Made by a program: the position numbers and the translations under genes
Shown: in pieces, positions 21,303-36,500 of the stretch
Layout of the letters: every line of letters begins with the position of its first letter
How positions within the stretch are numbered: position 1 is the first letter of the stretch
From: Mobula hypostoma
Lineage: Eukaryota
Length of the DNA stretch: 64,000 nucleotides
Direction of reading: 5' to 3'
Assembly (NCBI RefSeq): GCF_963921235.1
Contig: NC_086108.1
Location: 114,888,001 to 114,952,000, forward strand
The notes under the pieces: model-generated
The model's input: only the letters and a program-made list of their open reading frames with translations
Databases searched by the model: none
Told to the model about the DNA's origin: nothing

Positions 21303-21592
21303 GAGTGCGAGAAAGGAAGGGGATGTTCGGTCTGGAGGGCTTTACAGAAGAAGGGAGGGTTTAAAAAATTGAAGATTTTAAAAAACTACTGCGTGCAGCA
21401 ATTTTCAGAGATTGAACTGCACCCAATCAGTGAAAAGGATTCAAGAGCCAAAAAAGACATAAGGCAAGGGCAAGCAGAGCTCGCATTGCTAGAGTGGGCC
21501 AGTGATTGAGAGGGGAGGATTTGGCTTATCGGGTTTGGGTGAGGGAAGTATCTGGTAAACTTTTTTATTCTTCATCCATCATCTGTCAGGGA

Positions 21593-24500
21593 ACAGTTAG
21601 TATAGTCAGAATTGACTCCAGGGCTGTGTTGTACACAGTTAGTGAGAGTGACTCGAGGGCTGTGTTGTACACAGTTAGTGAGAGTGACTCCAGGGCAGTG
21701 TTGTACACAGTTAGTGAGAGTGACTCCAGGGCAGTGTTGTACACAGTTAGTGAGAGTGACTCCGGGGCAGTGTTGTACACAGTTAGTGAGAGTGACTCCG
21801 GGGCAGTGATGTACACAGTTAGTGAGAGTGACTCCAGGGCACTGATGTACACAGTTAGTGAGAGTGACTCCAGGCAGTGTTGTACACAGTTAGTGAGAGT
21901 GACTCCAGGGCACTGATGTACACAGTTAGTGAGAGTGACTCCAGGGCAGTGATGTACACAGTTAGTGAGAGTGACTCCAGGGCAGTGATGTACACAGTTA
22001 GTGAGAGTGACTCCAGGGCAGTGTTGTACACAGTTAGTGAGAGTGACTCCAGGGCAGTGTTGTACACAGTTAGTGAGAGTGACTCGAGGGGTGTGTTGTA
22101 CACAGTTAGTGAGAGTGACTCCAGGGCAGTGATGTACACAGTTAGTGAGAGTGACTCCAGGGCTGTGTTGTACACAGTTAGTGAGAGTGACTCCAGGGCT
22201 GTGTGGTACACAGTTAGTGAGAGTGGCTCGAGGGCAGTGTTGTACACAGTTAGTGAGAGTGACTCCAGGGCTGTGTTGTACACAGTTAGTGAGAGTGACT
22301 CCAGGGCTGTGTTGTACACAGTTAGTGAGAGTGGCTCGAGGGCTGTGTTGTACACAGTTAGTGAGAGTGACTCCAGGGCTGTGTTGTACACAGTTAGTGA
22401 GAGTGGCTCGAGGGCTGTGTTGTACACAGTTAGTGAGAGTGGCTCGAGGGCAGTGTTGTACACAGTTAGTGAGAGTGACTCCAGGGCTGTGTTGTACACA
22501 GTTAGTGAGAGTGACTCCAGGGCAGTGATGTACACAGTTAGTGAGAGTGGCTCCAGGGCAGTGATGTACACAGTTAGTGAGAGTGACTCCAGGGCAGTGT
22601 TGTACACAGTTAGTGAGAGTGACTCCAGGGCTGTGTTGTACACAGTTAGTGAGAGTGACTCCAGGGCAGTGATGTACACAGTTAGTGAGAGTGGCTCCAG
22701 GGCAGTGATGTACACAGTTAGTGAGAGTGACTCCAGGGCAGTGTTGTACACAGTTAGTGAGAGTGACTCCAGGGCAGTGATGTACACAGTTAGTGAGAGT
22801 GACTCCAGGGCAGTGATGTACACAGTTAGTGAGAGTGACTCCAGGGCTGTGTTGTACACAGTTAGTGAGAGTGACTCCAGGGCTGTGTTGTACAGAGTTA
22901 GTGAGAGTGACTCCAGGGCAGTGTTGTACACAGTTAGTGAGAGTGGCTCGAGGGCTGTGTTGTACACAGTTAGTGAGAGTGACTCCAGGGCTGTGTTGTA
23001 CACAGTTAGTGAGAGTGGCTCGAGGGCAGTGTTGTACACAGTTAGTGAGAGTGGCTCGAGGGCAGTGTTGTACACAGTTAGTGAGAGTGACTCCAGGGCA
23101 GTGTTGTACACAGTTAGTGAGAGTGACTCCAGGGCAGTGATGTACACAGTTAGTGAGAGTGACTCCAGGGCTGTGTTGTACACAGTTAGTGAGAGTGACT
23201 CCAGGGCATTGTTGTACACAGTTAGTGAGAGTGACTCCAGGGCTGTGTTGTACAGAGTTAGTGAGAGTGACTCCAGGGCAGTGATGTACACAGTTAGTGA
23301 GAGTGGCTCGAGGGCAGTGTTGTACACAGTTAGTGAGAGTGACTCCAGGGCAGTGATGTACACAGTTAGTGAGAGTGACTCCAGGGCAGTGATGTACACA
23401 GTTAGTGAGAGTGACTCCAGGGCTGTGTCGTACACAGTTAGTGAGAGTGACTCCAGGGCTGTGTTGTACACAGTTAGTGAGAGTGACTCCAGGGCATTGT
23501 TGTATACAGTTAGTGAGAGTGACTCCAGGGCAGTGTTGTACACAGTTAGTGAGAGTGACTCCAGGGCATTGTTGTACACAGTTAGTGAGAGTGACTCCAG
23601 GGCAGTGTTGTACACAGTTATTGAGAGTGGCTCGAGGGCTGTGTTGTACACAGTTAGTGAGAGTGACTCCAGGGCAGTGTTGTACACAGTTAGTGAGAGT
23701 GACTCCAGGGCAGTGATGTACACAGTTAGTGAGAGTGACTCCAGGGCAGTGTTGTACACAGTTAGTGAGAGTGACTCCAGGGCAGTGATGTACACAGTTA
23801 GTGAGAGTGACTCCAGGGCTGTGTTGTACACAGTTAGTGAGAGTGACTCCAGGGCTGTGTTGTACACAGTTAGTGAGAGTGACTCCAGGGCAGTGTTGTA
23901 CACAGTTAGTGAGAGTGACTCCAGGGCAGTGATGTACACAGTTAGTGAGAGTGACTCCAGGGCACTGATGTACACAGTTAGTGAGAGTGACTCCAGGCAG
24001 TGTTGTACACAGTTAGTGAGAGTGACTCCAGGGCAGTGATGTACACAGTTAGTGAGAGTGACTCCAGGGCAGTGATGTACACAGTTAGTGAGAGTGACTC
24101 CAGGGCAGTGATGTACACAGTTAGTGAGAGTGACTCCAGGGCTGTGTTGTACACAGTTAGTGAGAGTGACTCCAGGGCTGTGTTGTACACAGTTAGTGAG
24201 AGTGGCTCGAGGGCTGTGTTGTACACAGTTAGTGAGAGTGACTCCAGGGCAGTGTTGTACACAGTTAGTGAGAGTGACTCCAGGGCTGTGTTGTACACAG
24301 TTAGTGAGAGTGGCTCGAGTGCTGTGTTGTACACAGTTAGTGAGAGTGACTCCAGGGCAGTGATGTACACAGTTAGTGAGAGTGACTCCAGGGCTGTGTT
24401 GTACACAGTTAGTGAGAGTGACTCCAGGGCTAGTGGTACACAGTTAGTGAGAGTGGCTCGAGGGCAGTGTTGTACACAGTTAGTGAGAGTGACTCCAGGG

Positions 24501-27500
24501 CTGTGTTGTACACAGTTAGTGAGAGTGACTCTAAATCTGTGTTGTACACAGTTAGTGAGAGTGGCTCGAGGGCTGTGTTGTACACAGTTAGTGAGAGTGA
24601 CTCCAGGGCAGTGTTGTACACAGTTAGTGAGAGTGACTCCAGGGCAGTGATGTACACAGTTAGTGAGAGTGACTCCAGGGCAGTGATGTACACAGTTAGT
24701 GAGAGTGACTCCAGGGCAGTGTTGTACACAGTTAGTGAGAGTGGCTCGAGGGCTGTGTTGTACACAGTTAGTGAGAGTGACTCCAGGGCAGTGTTGTACA
24801 CAGTTAGTGAGAGTGGCTCGAGGGCTGTGTTGTACACAGTTAGTGAGAGTGACTCCAGGGCAGTGTTGTACACAGTTAGTGAGAGTGACTCCAGGGCAGT
24901 GATGTACACAGTTAGTGAGAGTGACTCCAGGGCACTGATGTACACAGTTAGTGAGAGTGACTCCAGGCAGTGTTGTACACAGTTAGTGAGAGTGACTCCA
25001 GGGCAGTGATGTACACAGTTAGTGAGAGTGACTCCAGGGCAGTGATGTACACAGTTAGTGAGAGTGACTCCAGGGCAGTGTTGTACACAGTTAGTGAGAG
25101 TGGCTCGAGGGCTGTGTTGTACACAGTTAGTGAGAGTGACTCCAGGGCAGTGATGTACACAGTTAGTGAGAGTGACTCCAGGGCTGTGTTGTACACAGTT
25201 AGTGAGAGTGACTCCAGGGCTGTGTTGTACACAGTTAGTGAGAGTGACTCCAGGGCTGTGTTGTACACAGTTAGTGAGAGTGACTCCAGGGCTGTGTTGT
25301 ACACAGTTAGTGAGAGTGACTCCAGGGCAGTGATGTACACAGTTAGTGAGAGTGGCTCGAGGGCTGTGTTGTACACAGTTAGTGAGAGTGACTCCAGGGC
25401 TGTGTTGTACACAGTTAGTGAGAGTGGCTCGAGGGCAGTGTTGTACACAGTTAGTGAGAGTGGCTCGAGGGCAGTGTTGTACACAGTTAGTGAGAGTGAC
25501 TCCAGGGCAGTGTTGTACACAGTTAGTGAGAGTGACTCCAGGGCAGTGATGTACACAGTTAGTGAGAGTGACTCCAGGGCTGTGTTGTACACAGTTAGTG
25601 AGAGTGACTCCAGGGCATTGTTGTACACAGTTAGTGAGAGTGACTCCAGGGCTGTGTTGTACACAGTTAGTGAGAGTGACTCCAGGGCAGTGATGTACAC
25701 AGTTAGTGAGAGTGGCTCGAGGGCAGTGTTGTACACAGTTAGTGAGAGTGACTCCAGGGCAGTGATGTACACAGTTAGTGAGAGTGACTCCAGGGCAGTG
25801 ATGTACACAGTTAGTGAGAGTGACTCCAGGGCTGTGTCGTACACAGTTAGTGAGAGTGACTCCAGGGCTGTGTTGTACACAGTTAGTGAGAGTGACTCCA
25901 GGGCATTGTTGTACACAGTTAGTGAGAGTGACTCCAGGGCAGTGTTGTACACAGTTAGTGAGAGTGACTCCAGGGCAGTGATGTACACAGTTAGTGAGAG
26001 TGGCTCGAGGGCAGTGTTGTACACAGTTAGTGAGAGTGACTCCAGGGCAGTGATGTACACAGTTACTGAGAGTGACTCCAGGGCTGTGTTGTACACAGTT
26101 AGTGAGAGTGACTCCAGGGCTGTGTTGTACACAGTTAGTGAGAGTGACTCCAGGGCAGTGTTGTACACAGTTAGTGAGAGTGACTCCAGGGCAGTGATGT
26201 ACACAGTTAGTGAGAGTGACTCCAGGGCACTGATGTACACAGTTAGTGAGAGTGACTCCAGGCAGTGTTGTACACAGTTAGTGAGAGTGACTCCAGGGCA
26301 GTGATGTACACAGTTAGTGAGAGTGACTCCAGGGCAGTGATGTACACAGTTAGTGAGAGTGACTCCAGGGCAGTGATGTACACAGTTAGTGAGAGTGACT
26401 CCAGGGCTGTGTTGTACACAGTTAGTGAGAGTGACTCCAGGGCTGTGTTGTACACAGTTAGTGAGAGTGGCTCGAGGGCTGTGTTGTACACAGTTAGTGA
26501 GAGTGACTCCAGGGCAGTGTTGTACACAGTTAGTGAGAGTGACTCCAGGGCTGTGTTGTACACAGTTAGTGAGAGTGGCTCGAGTGCTGTGTTGTACACA
26601 GTTAGTGAGAGTGACTCCAGGGCAGTGATGTACACAGTTAGTGAGAGTGACTCCAGGGCTGTGTTGTACACAGTTAGTGAGAGTGACTCCAGGGCTAGTG
26701 GTACACAGTTAGTGAGAGTGGCTCGAGGGCAGTGTTGTACACAGTTAGTGAGAGTGACTCCAGGGCTGTGTTGTACACAGTTAGTGAGAGTGACTCTAAA
26801 TCTGTGTTGTACACAGTTAGTGAGAGTGGCTCGAGGGCTGTGTTGTACACAGTTAGTGAGAGTGACTCCAGGGCTGTGTTGTACACAGTTAGTGAGAGTG
26901 ACTCCAGGGCTGTGTTGTACACAGTTAGTGAGAGTGGCTCGAGGGCAGTGTTGTACACAGTTAGTGAGAGTGGCTCGAGGGCAGTGTTGTACACAGTTAG
27001 TGAGAGTGACTCCAGGGCAGTGTTGTACACAGTTAGTGAGAGTGACTCCAGGGCAGTGATGTACACAGTTAGTGAGAGTGACTCCAGGGCTGTGTTGTAC
27101 ACAGTTAGTGAGAGTGACTCCAGGGCATTGTTGTACACAGTTAGTGAGAGTGACTCCAGGGCTGTGTTGTACAGAGTTAGTGAGAGTGACTCCAGGGCAG
27201 TGATGTACACAGTTAGTGAGAGTGGCTCGAGGGCAGTGTTGTACACAGTTAGTGAGAGTGACTCCAGGGCAGTGATGTACACAGTTAGTGAGAGTGACTC
27301 CAGGGCAGTGATGTACACAGTTAGTGAGAGTGACTCCAGGGCTGTGTTGTACACAGTTAGTGAGAGTGACTCCAGGGCTGTGTTGTACACAGTTAGTGAG
27401 AGTGACTCCAGGGCATTGTTGTACACAGTTAGTGAGAGTGACTCCAGGGCAGTGTTGTACACAGTTAGTGAGAGTGGCTCGAGGGCTGTGTTGTACACAG

Positions 27501-30500
27501 TTAGTGAGAGTGACTCCAGGGCAGTGTTGTACACAGTTAGTGAGAGTGACTCCAGGGCAGTGATGTACACAGTTAGTGAGAGTGGCTCGAGGGCAGTGTT
27601 GTACACAGTTAGTGAGAGTGACTCCAGGGCAGTGATGTACACAGTTAGTGAGAGTGACTCCAGGGCTGTGTTGCACACAGTTAGTGAGAGTGACTCCAGG
27701 GCTGTGTTGTACACAGTTAGTGAGAGTGACTCCAGGGCAGTGTTGTACACAGTTAGTGAGAGTGACTCCAGGGCAGTGATGTACACAGGTAGTGAGAGTG
27801 ACTCCAGGGCACTGATGTACACAGTTAGTGAGAGTGACTCCAGGCAGTGTTGTACACAGTTAGTGAGAGTGACTCCAGGGCAGTGATGTACACAGTTAGT
27901 GAAAGTGACTCCAGGGCAGTGATGTACACAGTTAGTGAGAGTGACTCCAGGGCAGTGATGTACACAGTTAGTGAGAGTGACTCCAGGGCTGTGTTGTACA
28001 CAGTTAGTGAGAGTGACTCCAGGGCTGTGTTGTACACAGTTAGTGAGAGTGGCTCGAGGGCTGTGTTGTACACAGTTAGTGAGAGTGACTCCAGGGCAGT
28101 GTTGTACACAGTTAGTGAGAGTGACTCCAGGGCTGTGTTGTACACAGTTAGTGAGAGTGGCTCGAGTGCTGTGTTGTACACAGTTAGTGAGAGTGACTCC
28201 AGGGCAGTGATGTACACAGTTAGTGAGAGTGACTCCAGGGCTGTGCTGTACACAGTTAGTGAGAGTGACTCCAGGGCTAGTGGTACACAGTTAGTGAGAG
28301 TGGCTCGAGGGCAGTGTTGTACACAGTTAGTGAGAGTGACTCCAGGGCTGTGTTGTACACAGTTCGTGAGAGTGACTCTAAATCTGTGTTGTACACAGTT
28401 CGTGAGAGTGGCTCGAGGGCTGTGTTGTACACAGTTAGTGAGAGTGACTCCAGGGCTGTGTTGTACACAGTTAGTGAGAGTGACTCCAGGGCAGTGATGT
28501 ACACAGTTAGTGAGAGTGACTCCAGGGCAGTGATGTACACAGTTAGTGAGAGTGACTCCAGGGCAGTGTTGTACACAGTTAGTGAGAGTGGCTCGAGGGC
28601 TGTGTTGTACACAGTTAGTGAGAGAGACTCCAGGGCTGTGTTGTACACGGTTAGTGAGAGTGGCTCGAGGGCAGTGTTGTACACAGTTAGTGAGAGTGGC
28701 TCGAGGGCAGTGTTGTACACAGTTAGTGAGAGTGACTCCAGGGCAGTGTTGTACACAGTTAGTGAGAGTGACTCCAGGGCAGTGTTGTACACAGTTAGTG
28801 AGAGTGACTCCAGGGCAGTGATGTACACAGTTAGTGAGAGTGGCTCGAGGGCAGTGTTGTACACAGTTAGTGAGAGTGACTCCAGGGCAGTGATGTACAC
28901 AGTTAGTGAGAGTGACTCGAGGGCAGTGATGTACACAGTTAGTGAGAGTGACTCCAGGGCTGTGTCGTACACAGTTAGTGAGAGTGACTCCAGGGCTGTG
29001 TTGTACACAGTTAGTGAGAGTGACTCCAGGGCATTGTTGTACACAGTTAGTGAGAGTGACTCCAGGGCAGTGTTGTACACAGTTAGTGAGAGTGACTCCA
29101 GGGCATTGTTGTACACAGTTAGTGAGAGTGACTCCAGGGCAGTGTTGTACACAGTTAGTGAGAGTGGCTCGAGGGCTGTGTTGTACACAGTTAGTGAGAG
29201 TGACTCCAGGGCTGTGTTGTACACAGTTAGTGAGAGTGGCTCGAGGGCTGTGTTGTACACAGTTAGTGAGAGTGACTCCAGGGCAGTGTTGTACACAGTT
29301 AGTGAGAGTGACTCCAGGGCAGTGATGTACACAGTTAGTGAGAGTGACTCCAGGGCAGTGTTGTACACAGTTAGTGAGAGTGGCTCGAGGGCTGTGTTGT
29401 ACACAGTTAGTGAGAGTGACTCCAGGGCTGTGTTGTACACAGTTAGTGAGAGTGGCTCGAGGGCAGTGTTGTACACAGTTAGTGAGAGTGGCTCGAGGGC
29501 AGTGTTGTACACAGTTAGTGAGAGTGACTCCAGGGCTGTGTTGTACACAGTTAGTGAGAGTGGCTCGAGGGTTGTGTTGTACACAGTTAGTGAGAGTGAC
29601 TCCAGGGCTGTGTTGTACACAGTTAGTGAGAGTGGCTCGAGGGCAGTGTTGTACACAGTTAGTGAGAGTGGCTCCAGGGCAGTGTTGTACACAGTTAGTG
29701 AGAGTGACTCCAGGGCAGTGATGTACACAGTTAGTGAGAGTGACTCCAGGGCTGTGTTGTACACAGTTAGTGAGAGTGACTCCAGGGCATTGTTGTACAC
29801 AGTTAGTGAGAGTGACTCCAGGGCTGTGTTGTACACAGTTAGTGAGAGTGACTCCAGGGCAGTGATGTACACAGTTAGTGAGAGTGACTCCAGGGCAGTG
29901 TTGTACACAGTTAGTGAGAGTGACTCCAGGGCTGTGTTGTACACAGTTAGTGAGAGTGACTCCAGGGCAGTGTTGTACACAGTTAGTGAGAGTGGCTCGA
30001 GGGCTGTGTTGTACACAGTTAGTGAGAGTGACTCCAGGGCAGTGTTGTACACAGTTAGTGAGAGTGACTCCAGGGCTGTGTTGTACACAGTTAGTGAGAG
30101 TGGCTCGAGGGCTGTGTTGTACACAGTTAGTGAGAGTGACTCCAGGGCAGTGATGTGCACAGTTAGTGAGAGTGACTCCAGGGCTGTGTTGTACACAGTT
30201 AGTGAGAGTGACTCCAGGGCTAGTGGTACACAGTTAGTGAGAGTGGCTCGAGGGCAGTGTTGTACACAGTTAGTGAGAGTGACTCCAGGGCTGTGTTGTA
30301 CACAGTTAGTGAGAGTGACTCTAAATCTGTGTTGTACACAGTTAGTGAGAGTGGCTCGAGGGCTGTGTTGTACACAGTTAGTGAGAGTGACTCCAGGGCT
30401 GTGTTGTACACAGTTAGTGAGAGTGACTCCAGGGCAGTGATGTACACAGTTAGTGAGAGTGACTCCAGGGCAGTGATGTACACAGTTAGTGAGAGTGACT

Positions 30501-33500
30501 CCAGGGCAGTGTTGTACACAGTTAGTGAGAGTGGCTCGAGGGCTGTGTTGTACACAGTTAGTGAGAGTGACTCCAGGGCTGTGTTGTACACAGTTAGTGA
30601 GAGTGGCTCGAGGGCAGTGTTGTACACAGTTAGTGAGAGTGGCTCGAGGGCAGTGTTGTACACAGTTAGTGAGAGTGACTCCAGGGCAGTGTTGTACACA
30701 GTTAGTGAGAGTGACTCCAGGGCAGTGTTGTACACAGTTAGTGAGAGTGACTCCAGGGCAGTGATGTACACAGTTAGTGAGAGTGACTCCAGGGCAGTGT
30801 TGTACACAGTTAGTGAGAGTGACTCCAGGGCAGTGTTGTACACAGTTAGTGAGAGTGACTCCAGGGCTGTGTTGTACACAGTTAGTGAGAGTGACTCCAG
30901 GGCTGTGTTGTACACAGTTAGTGAGAGTGGCTCGAGGGCTGTGTTGTACACAGTTAGTGAGAGTGACTCCAGGGCTGTGTTGTACACAGTTAGTGAGAGT
31001 GACTCCAGGGCAGTGATGTACACAGTTAGTGAGAGTGACTCCAGGGCAGTGATGTACACAGTTAGTGAGAGTGACTCCAGGGCAGTGTTGTACACAGTTA
31101 GTGAGAGTGGCTCGAGGGCTGTGTTGTACACAGTTAGTGAGAGTGACTCCAGGGCTGTGTTGTACACAGTTAGTGAGAGTGGCTCGAGGGCAGTGTTGTA
31201 CACAGTTAGTGAGAGTGGCTCGAGGGCAGTGTTGTACACAGTTAGTGAGAGTGACTCCAGGGCAGTGTTGTACACAGTTAGTGAGAGTGACTCCAGGGCA
31301 GTGTTGTACACAGTTAGTGAGAGTGACTCCAGGGCAGTGATGTACACAGTTAGTGAGAGTGACTCCAGGGCAGTGTTGTACACAGTTAGTGAGAGTGACT
31401 CCAGGGCAGTGTTGTACACAGTTAGTGAGAGTGACTCCAGGGCTGTGTTGTACACAGTTAGTGAGAGTGACTCCAGGGCTGTGTTGTACACAGTTAGTGA
31501 GAGTGGCTCGAGGGCAGTGTTGTACACAGTTAGTGAGAGTGGCTCGAGGGCAGTGTTGTACACAGTTAGTGAGAGTGACTCCAGGGCTGTGTTGTACACA
31601 GTTAGTGAGAGTGGCTCGAGGGCTGTGTTGTACACAGTTAGTGAGAGTGACTCCAGGGCTGTGTTGTACACAGTTAGTGAGAGTGGCTCGAGGGCTGTGT
31701 TGTACACAGTTAGTGAGAGTGACTCCAGGGCAGTGTTGTACACAGTTAGTGAGAGTGACTCCAGGGCAGTGATGTACACAGTTAGTGAGAGTGACTCCAG
31801 GGCAGTGTTGTACACAGTTAGTGAGAGTGGCTCGAGGGCTGTGTTGTACACAGTTAGTGAGAGTGACTCCAGGGCTGTGTTGTACACAGTTAGTGAGAGT
31901 GGCTCGAGGGCAGTGTTGTACACAGTTAGTGAGAGTGGCTCGAGGGCAGTGTTGTACACAGTTAGTGAGAGTGACTCCAGGGCTGTGTTGTACACAGTTA
32001 GTGAGAGTGGCTCGAGGGTTGTGTTGTACACAGTTAGTGAGAGTGACTCCAGGGCTGTGTTGTACACAGTTAGTGAGAGTGGCTCGAGGGCAGTGTTGTA
32101 CACAGTTAGTGAGAGTGGCTCGAGGGCAGTGTTGTACACAGTTAGTGAGAGTGACTCCAGGGCAGTGTTGTACACAGTTAGTGAGAGTGACTCCAGGGCA
32201 GTGATGTACACAGTTAGTGAGAGTGACTCAAGGGCTGTGTTGTACACAGTTAGTGAGACTGACTCCAGGGCATTGTTGTACACAGTTAGTGAGAGTGACT
32301 CCAGGGCAGTGTTGTACACAGTTAGTGAGAGTGACTCCAGGGCAGTGATGTACACAGTTAGTGAGAGTGTCTCGAGGGCAGTGTTGTACACAGTTAGTGA
32401 GAGTGACTCCAGGGCTCTGTTGTACACAGTTAGTGAGAGTGACTCCAGTGCATTGTTGTACACAGTTAGTGAGAGTGACTCCAGGGCAGTGATGTACACA
32501 GTTAGTGAGAGTGGCTCGAGGGCAGTGTTGTACACAGTTAGTGAGAGTGACTCCAGGGCAGTGATGTACACAGTTAGTGAGAGTGACTCCAGGGCAGTGA
32601 TGTACACAGTTAGTGAGAGTGACTCCAGGGCTGTGTTGTACACAGTTAGTGAGAGTGACTCCAGGGCAGTGTTGTACACAGTTAGTGAGAGTGACTCCAG
32701 GGCAGTGATGTACACAGTTAGTGAGAGTGACTCCAGGGCAGTGTTGTACACAGTTAGTGAGAGTGACTCCAGGGCAGTGATGTACACAGTTAGTGAGAGT
32801 GACTCCAGGGCAGTGATGTACACAGTTAGTGAGAGTGACTCCAGGGCAGTGATGTACACAGTTAGTGAGAGTGACTCCAGGGCAGTGATGTACACAGTTA
32901 GTGAGAGTGACTCCAGGGCTGTGTTGTACACAGTTAGTGAGAGTGACTCCAGGGCTGTGTTGTACACAGTTAGTGAGAGTGGCTCGAGGGCTGTGTTGTA
33001 CACAGTTAGTGAGAGTGACTCCAGGGCAGTGTTGTACACAGTTAGTGAGAGTGACTCCAGGGCTGTGTTGTACACAGATAGTGAGAGTGGCTTGAGTGCT
33101 GTGTTGTACACAGTTAGTGAGAGTGACTCCAGGGCAGTGAAGTACACAGTTAGTGAGAGTGACTCCAGGGCTGTGTTGTACACAGTTAGTGAGAGTGACT
33201 CCAGGGCTAGTGGTACACAGTTAGTGAGAGTGGCTCGAGGGCAGTGTTGTACACAGTTAGTGAGAGTGACTCCAGGGCAGTGTTGTACACAGTTAGTGAG
33301 AGTGACTCCAGGGCAGTGTTGTACACAGTTAGTGAGAGTGACTCCAGGGCAGTGTTGTACACAGTTAGTGAGAGTGACTCCAGGGCAGTGTTGTACACAG
33401 TTAGTGAGAGTGACTCCAGGGCTGTGTTGTACACAGTTAGTGAGAGTGACTCCAGGGCAGTGTTGTACACAGTTAGTGAGAGTGACTCCAGGGCAGTGAT

Positions 33501-36500
33501 GTACACAGTTAGTGAGAGTGGCTCGAGGGCAGTGTTGTACACAGTTAGTGAGAGTGACTCCAGGGCAGTGATGTACACAGTTAGTGAGAGTGACTCCAGG
33601 GCAGTGATGTACACAGTTAGTGAGAGTGACTCCAGGGCTGTGTCGTACACAGTTAGTGAGAGTGACTCCAGGGCTGTGTCGTACACAGTTAGTGAGAGTG
33701 ACTCCAGTGCATTGTTGTATACAGTTAGTGAGAGTGACTCCAGGGCAGTGTTGTACACAGTTAGTGAGAGTGACTTCAGGGCATTGTTGTACACAGTTAG
33801 TGAGAGTGACTCCAGGGCAGTGTTGTACACAGTTAGTGAGAGTGGCTCGAGGGCTGTGTTGTACACAGTTAGTGAGAGTGACTCCAGGGCTGTGTTGTAC
33901 ACAGTTAGTGAGAGTGGCTCGAGGGCTGTGTTGTACACAGTTAGTGAGAGTGACTCCAGGGCAGTGTTGTACACAGTTAGTGAGAGTGACTCCAGGGCAG
34001 TGATGTACACAGTTAGTGAGAGTGACTCCAGGGCAGTGTTGTACACAGTTAGTGAGAGTGGCTCGAGGGCTGTGTTGTACACAGTTAGTGAGAGTGACTC
34101 CAGGGCTGTGTTGTACACAGTTAGTGAGAGTGGCTCGAGGGCAGTGTTGTACACAGTTAGTGAGAGTGGCTCGAGGGCAGTGTTGTACACAGTTAGTGAG
34201 AGTGACTCCAGGGCTGTGTTGTACACAGTTAGTGAGAGTGGCTCGAGGGTTGTGTTGTACACAGTTAGTGAGAGTGACTCCAGGGCAGTGATGTACACAG
34301 TTAGTGAGAGAGACTCCAGGGCTGTGTTGTACACAGTTAGTGAGAGTGACTCCAGGGCATTGTTGTACACAGTTAGTGAGAGTGACTCCAGGGCTGTGTT
34401 GTACAGAGTTAGTGAGAGTGACTCCAGGGCAGTGATGTACACAGTTAGTGAGAGTGGCTCGAGGGCAGTGTTGTACACAGTTAGTGAGAGTGACTCCAGG
34501 GCAGTGATGTACACAGTTAGTGAGAGTGACTCCAGGGCAGTGATGTACACAGTTAGTGAGAGTGACTCCAGGGCTGTGTCGTACACAGTTAGTGAGAGTG
34601 ACTCCAGGGCTGTGTTGTACACAGTTAGTGAGAGTGACTCCAGGGCATTGTTGTACACAGTTAGTGAGAGTGACTCCAGGGCAGTGTTGTACACAGTTAG
34701 TGAGAGTGGCTCGAGGGCTGTGTTGTACACAGTTAGTGAGAGTGACTCCAGGGCAGTGTTGTACACAGTTAGTGAGAGTGACTCCAGGGCAGTGATGTAC
34801 ACAGTTAGTGAGAGTGGCTCGAGGGCAGTGTTGTACACAGTTAGTGAGAGTGACTCCAGGGCAGTGATGTACACAGTTAGTGAGAGTGACTCCAGGGCTG
34901 TGTTGTACACAGTTAGTGAGAGTGACTCCAGGGCTGTGTTGTACACAGTTAGTGAGAGTGACTCCAGGGCAGTGTTGTACACAGTTAGTGAGAGTGACTC
35001 CAGGGCAGTGATGTACACAGTTAGTGAGAGTGACTCCAGGGCACTGATGTACACAGTTAGTGAGAGTGACTCCAGGCAGTGTTGTACACAGTTAGTGAGA
35101 GTGACTCCAGGGCAGTGATGTACACAGTTAGTGAGAGTGACTCCAGGGCAGTGATGTACACAGTTAGTGAGAGTGACTCCAGGGCAGTGATGTACACAGT
35201 TAGTGAGAGTGACTCCAGGGCTGTGTTGTACACAGTTAGTGAGAGTGACTCCAGGGCTGTGTTGTACACAGTTAGTGAGAGTGGCTCGAGGGCTGTGTTG
35301 TACACAGTTAGTGAGAGTGACTCCAGGGCAGTGTTGTACACAGTTAGTGAGAGTGACTCCAGGGCTGTGTTGTACACAGTTAGTGAGAGTGGCTCGAGTG
35401 CTGTGTTGTACACAGTTAGTGAGAGTGACTCCAGGGCAGTGATGTACACAGTTAGTGAGAGTGACTCCAGGGCTGTGCTGTACACAGTTAGTGAGAGTGA
35501 CTCCAGGGCTAGTGGTACACAGTTAGTGAGAGTGGCTCGAGGGCAGTGTTGTACACAGTTAGTGAGAGTGACTCCAGGGCTGTGTTGTACACAGTTCGTG
35601 AGAGTGACTCTAAATCTGTGTTGTACACAGTTCGTGAGAGTGGCTCGAGGGCTGTGTTGTACACAGTTAGTGAGAGTGACTCCAGGGCTGTGTTGTACAC
35701 AGTTAGTTATAGTGACTCCAGGGCAGTGATGTACACAGTTAGTGAGAGTGACTCCAGGGCAGTGATGTACACAGTTAGTGAGAGTGATTCCAGGGCAGTG
35801 TTGTACACAGTTAGTGAGAGTGGCTCGAGGGCTGTGTTGTACACAGTTAGTGAGAGAGACTCCAGGGCTGTGTTGTACACGGTTAGTGAGAGTGGCTCGA
35901 GGGCAGTGTTGTACACAGTTAGTGAGAGTGGCTCGAGGGCAGTGTTGTACACAGTTAGTGAGAGTGACTCCAGGGCTGTGTTGTACACAGTTAGTGAGAG
36001 TGACTCCAGGGCAGTGTTGTACACAGTTAGTGAGAGTGACTCCAGGGCAGTGATGTACACAGTTAGTGAGAGTGGCTCCAGGGCAGTGTTGTACACAGTT
36101 AGTGAGAGTGACTCCAGGGCAGTGATGTACACAGTTAGTGAGAGTGACTCCAGGGCAGTGATGTACACAGTTAGTGAGAGTGACTCCAGGGCTGTGTCGT
36201 ACACAGTTAGTGAGAGTGACTCCAGGGCTGTGTTGTACACAGTTAGTGAGAGTGACTCCAGGGCATTGTTGTACACAGTTAGTGAGAGTGACTCCAGGGC
36301 AGTGTTGTACACAGTTAGTGAGAGTGACTCCAGGGCATTGTTGTACACAGTTAGTGAGAGTGACTCCAGGGCAGTGTTGTACACAGTTAGTGAGAGTGGC
36401 TCGAGGGCTGTGTTGTACACAGTTAGTGAGAGTGACTCCAGGGCTGTGTTGTACACAGTTAGTGAGAGTGGCTCGAGGGCAGTGTTGTACACAGTTAGTG

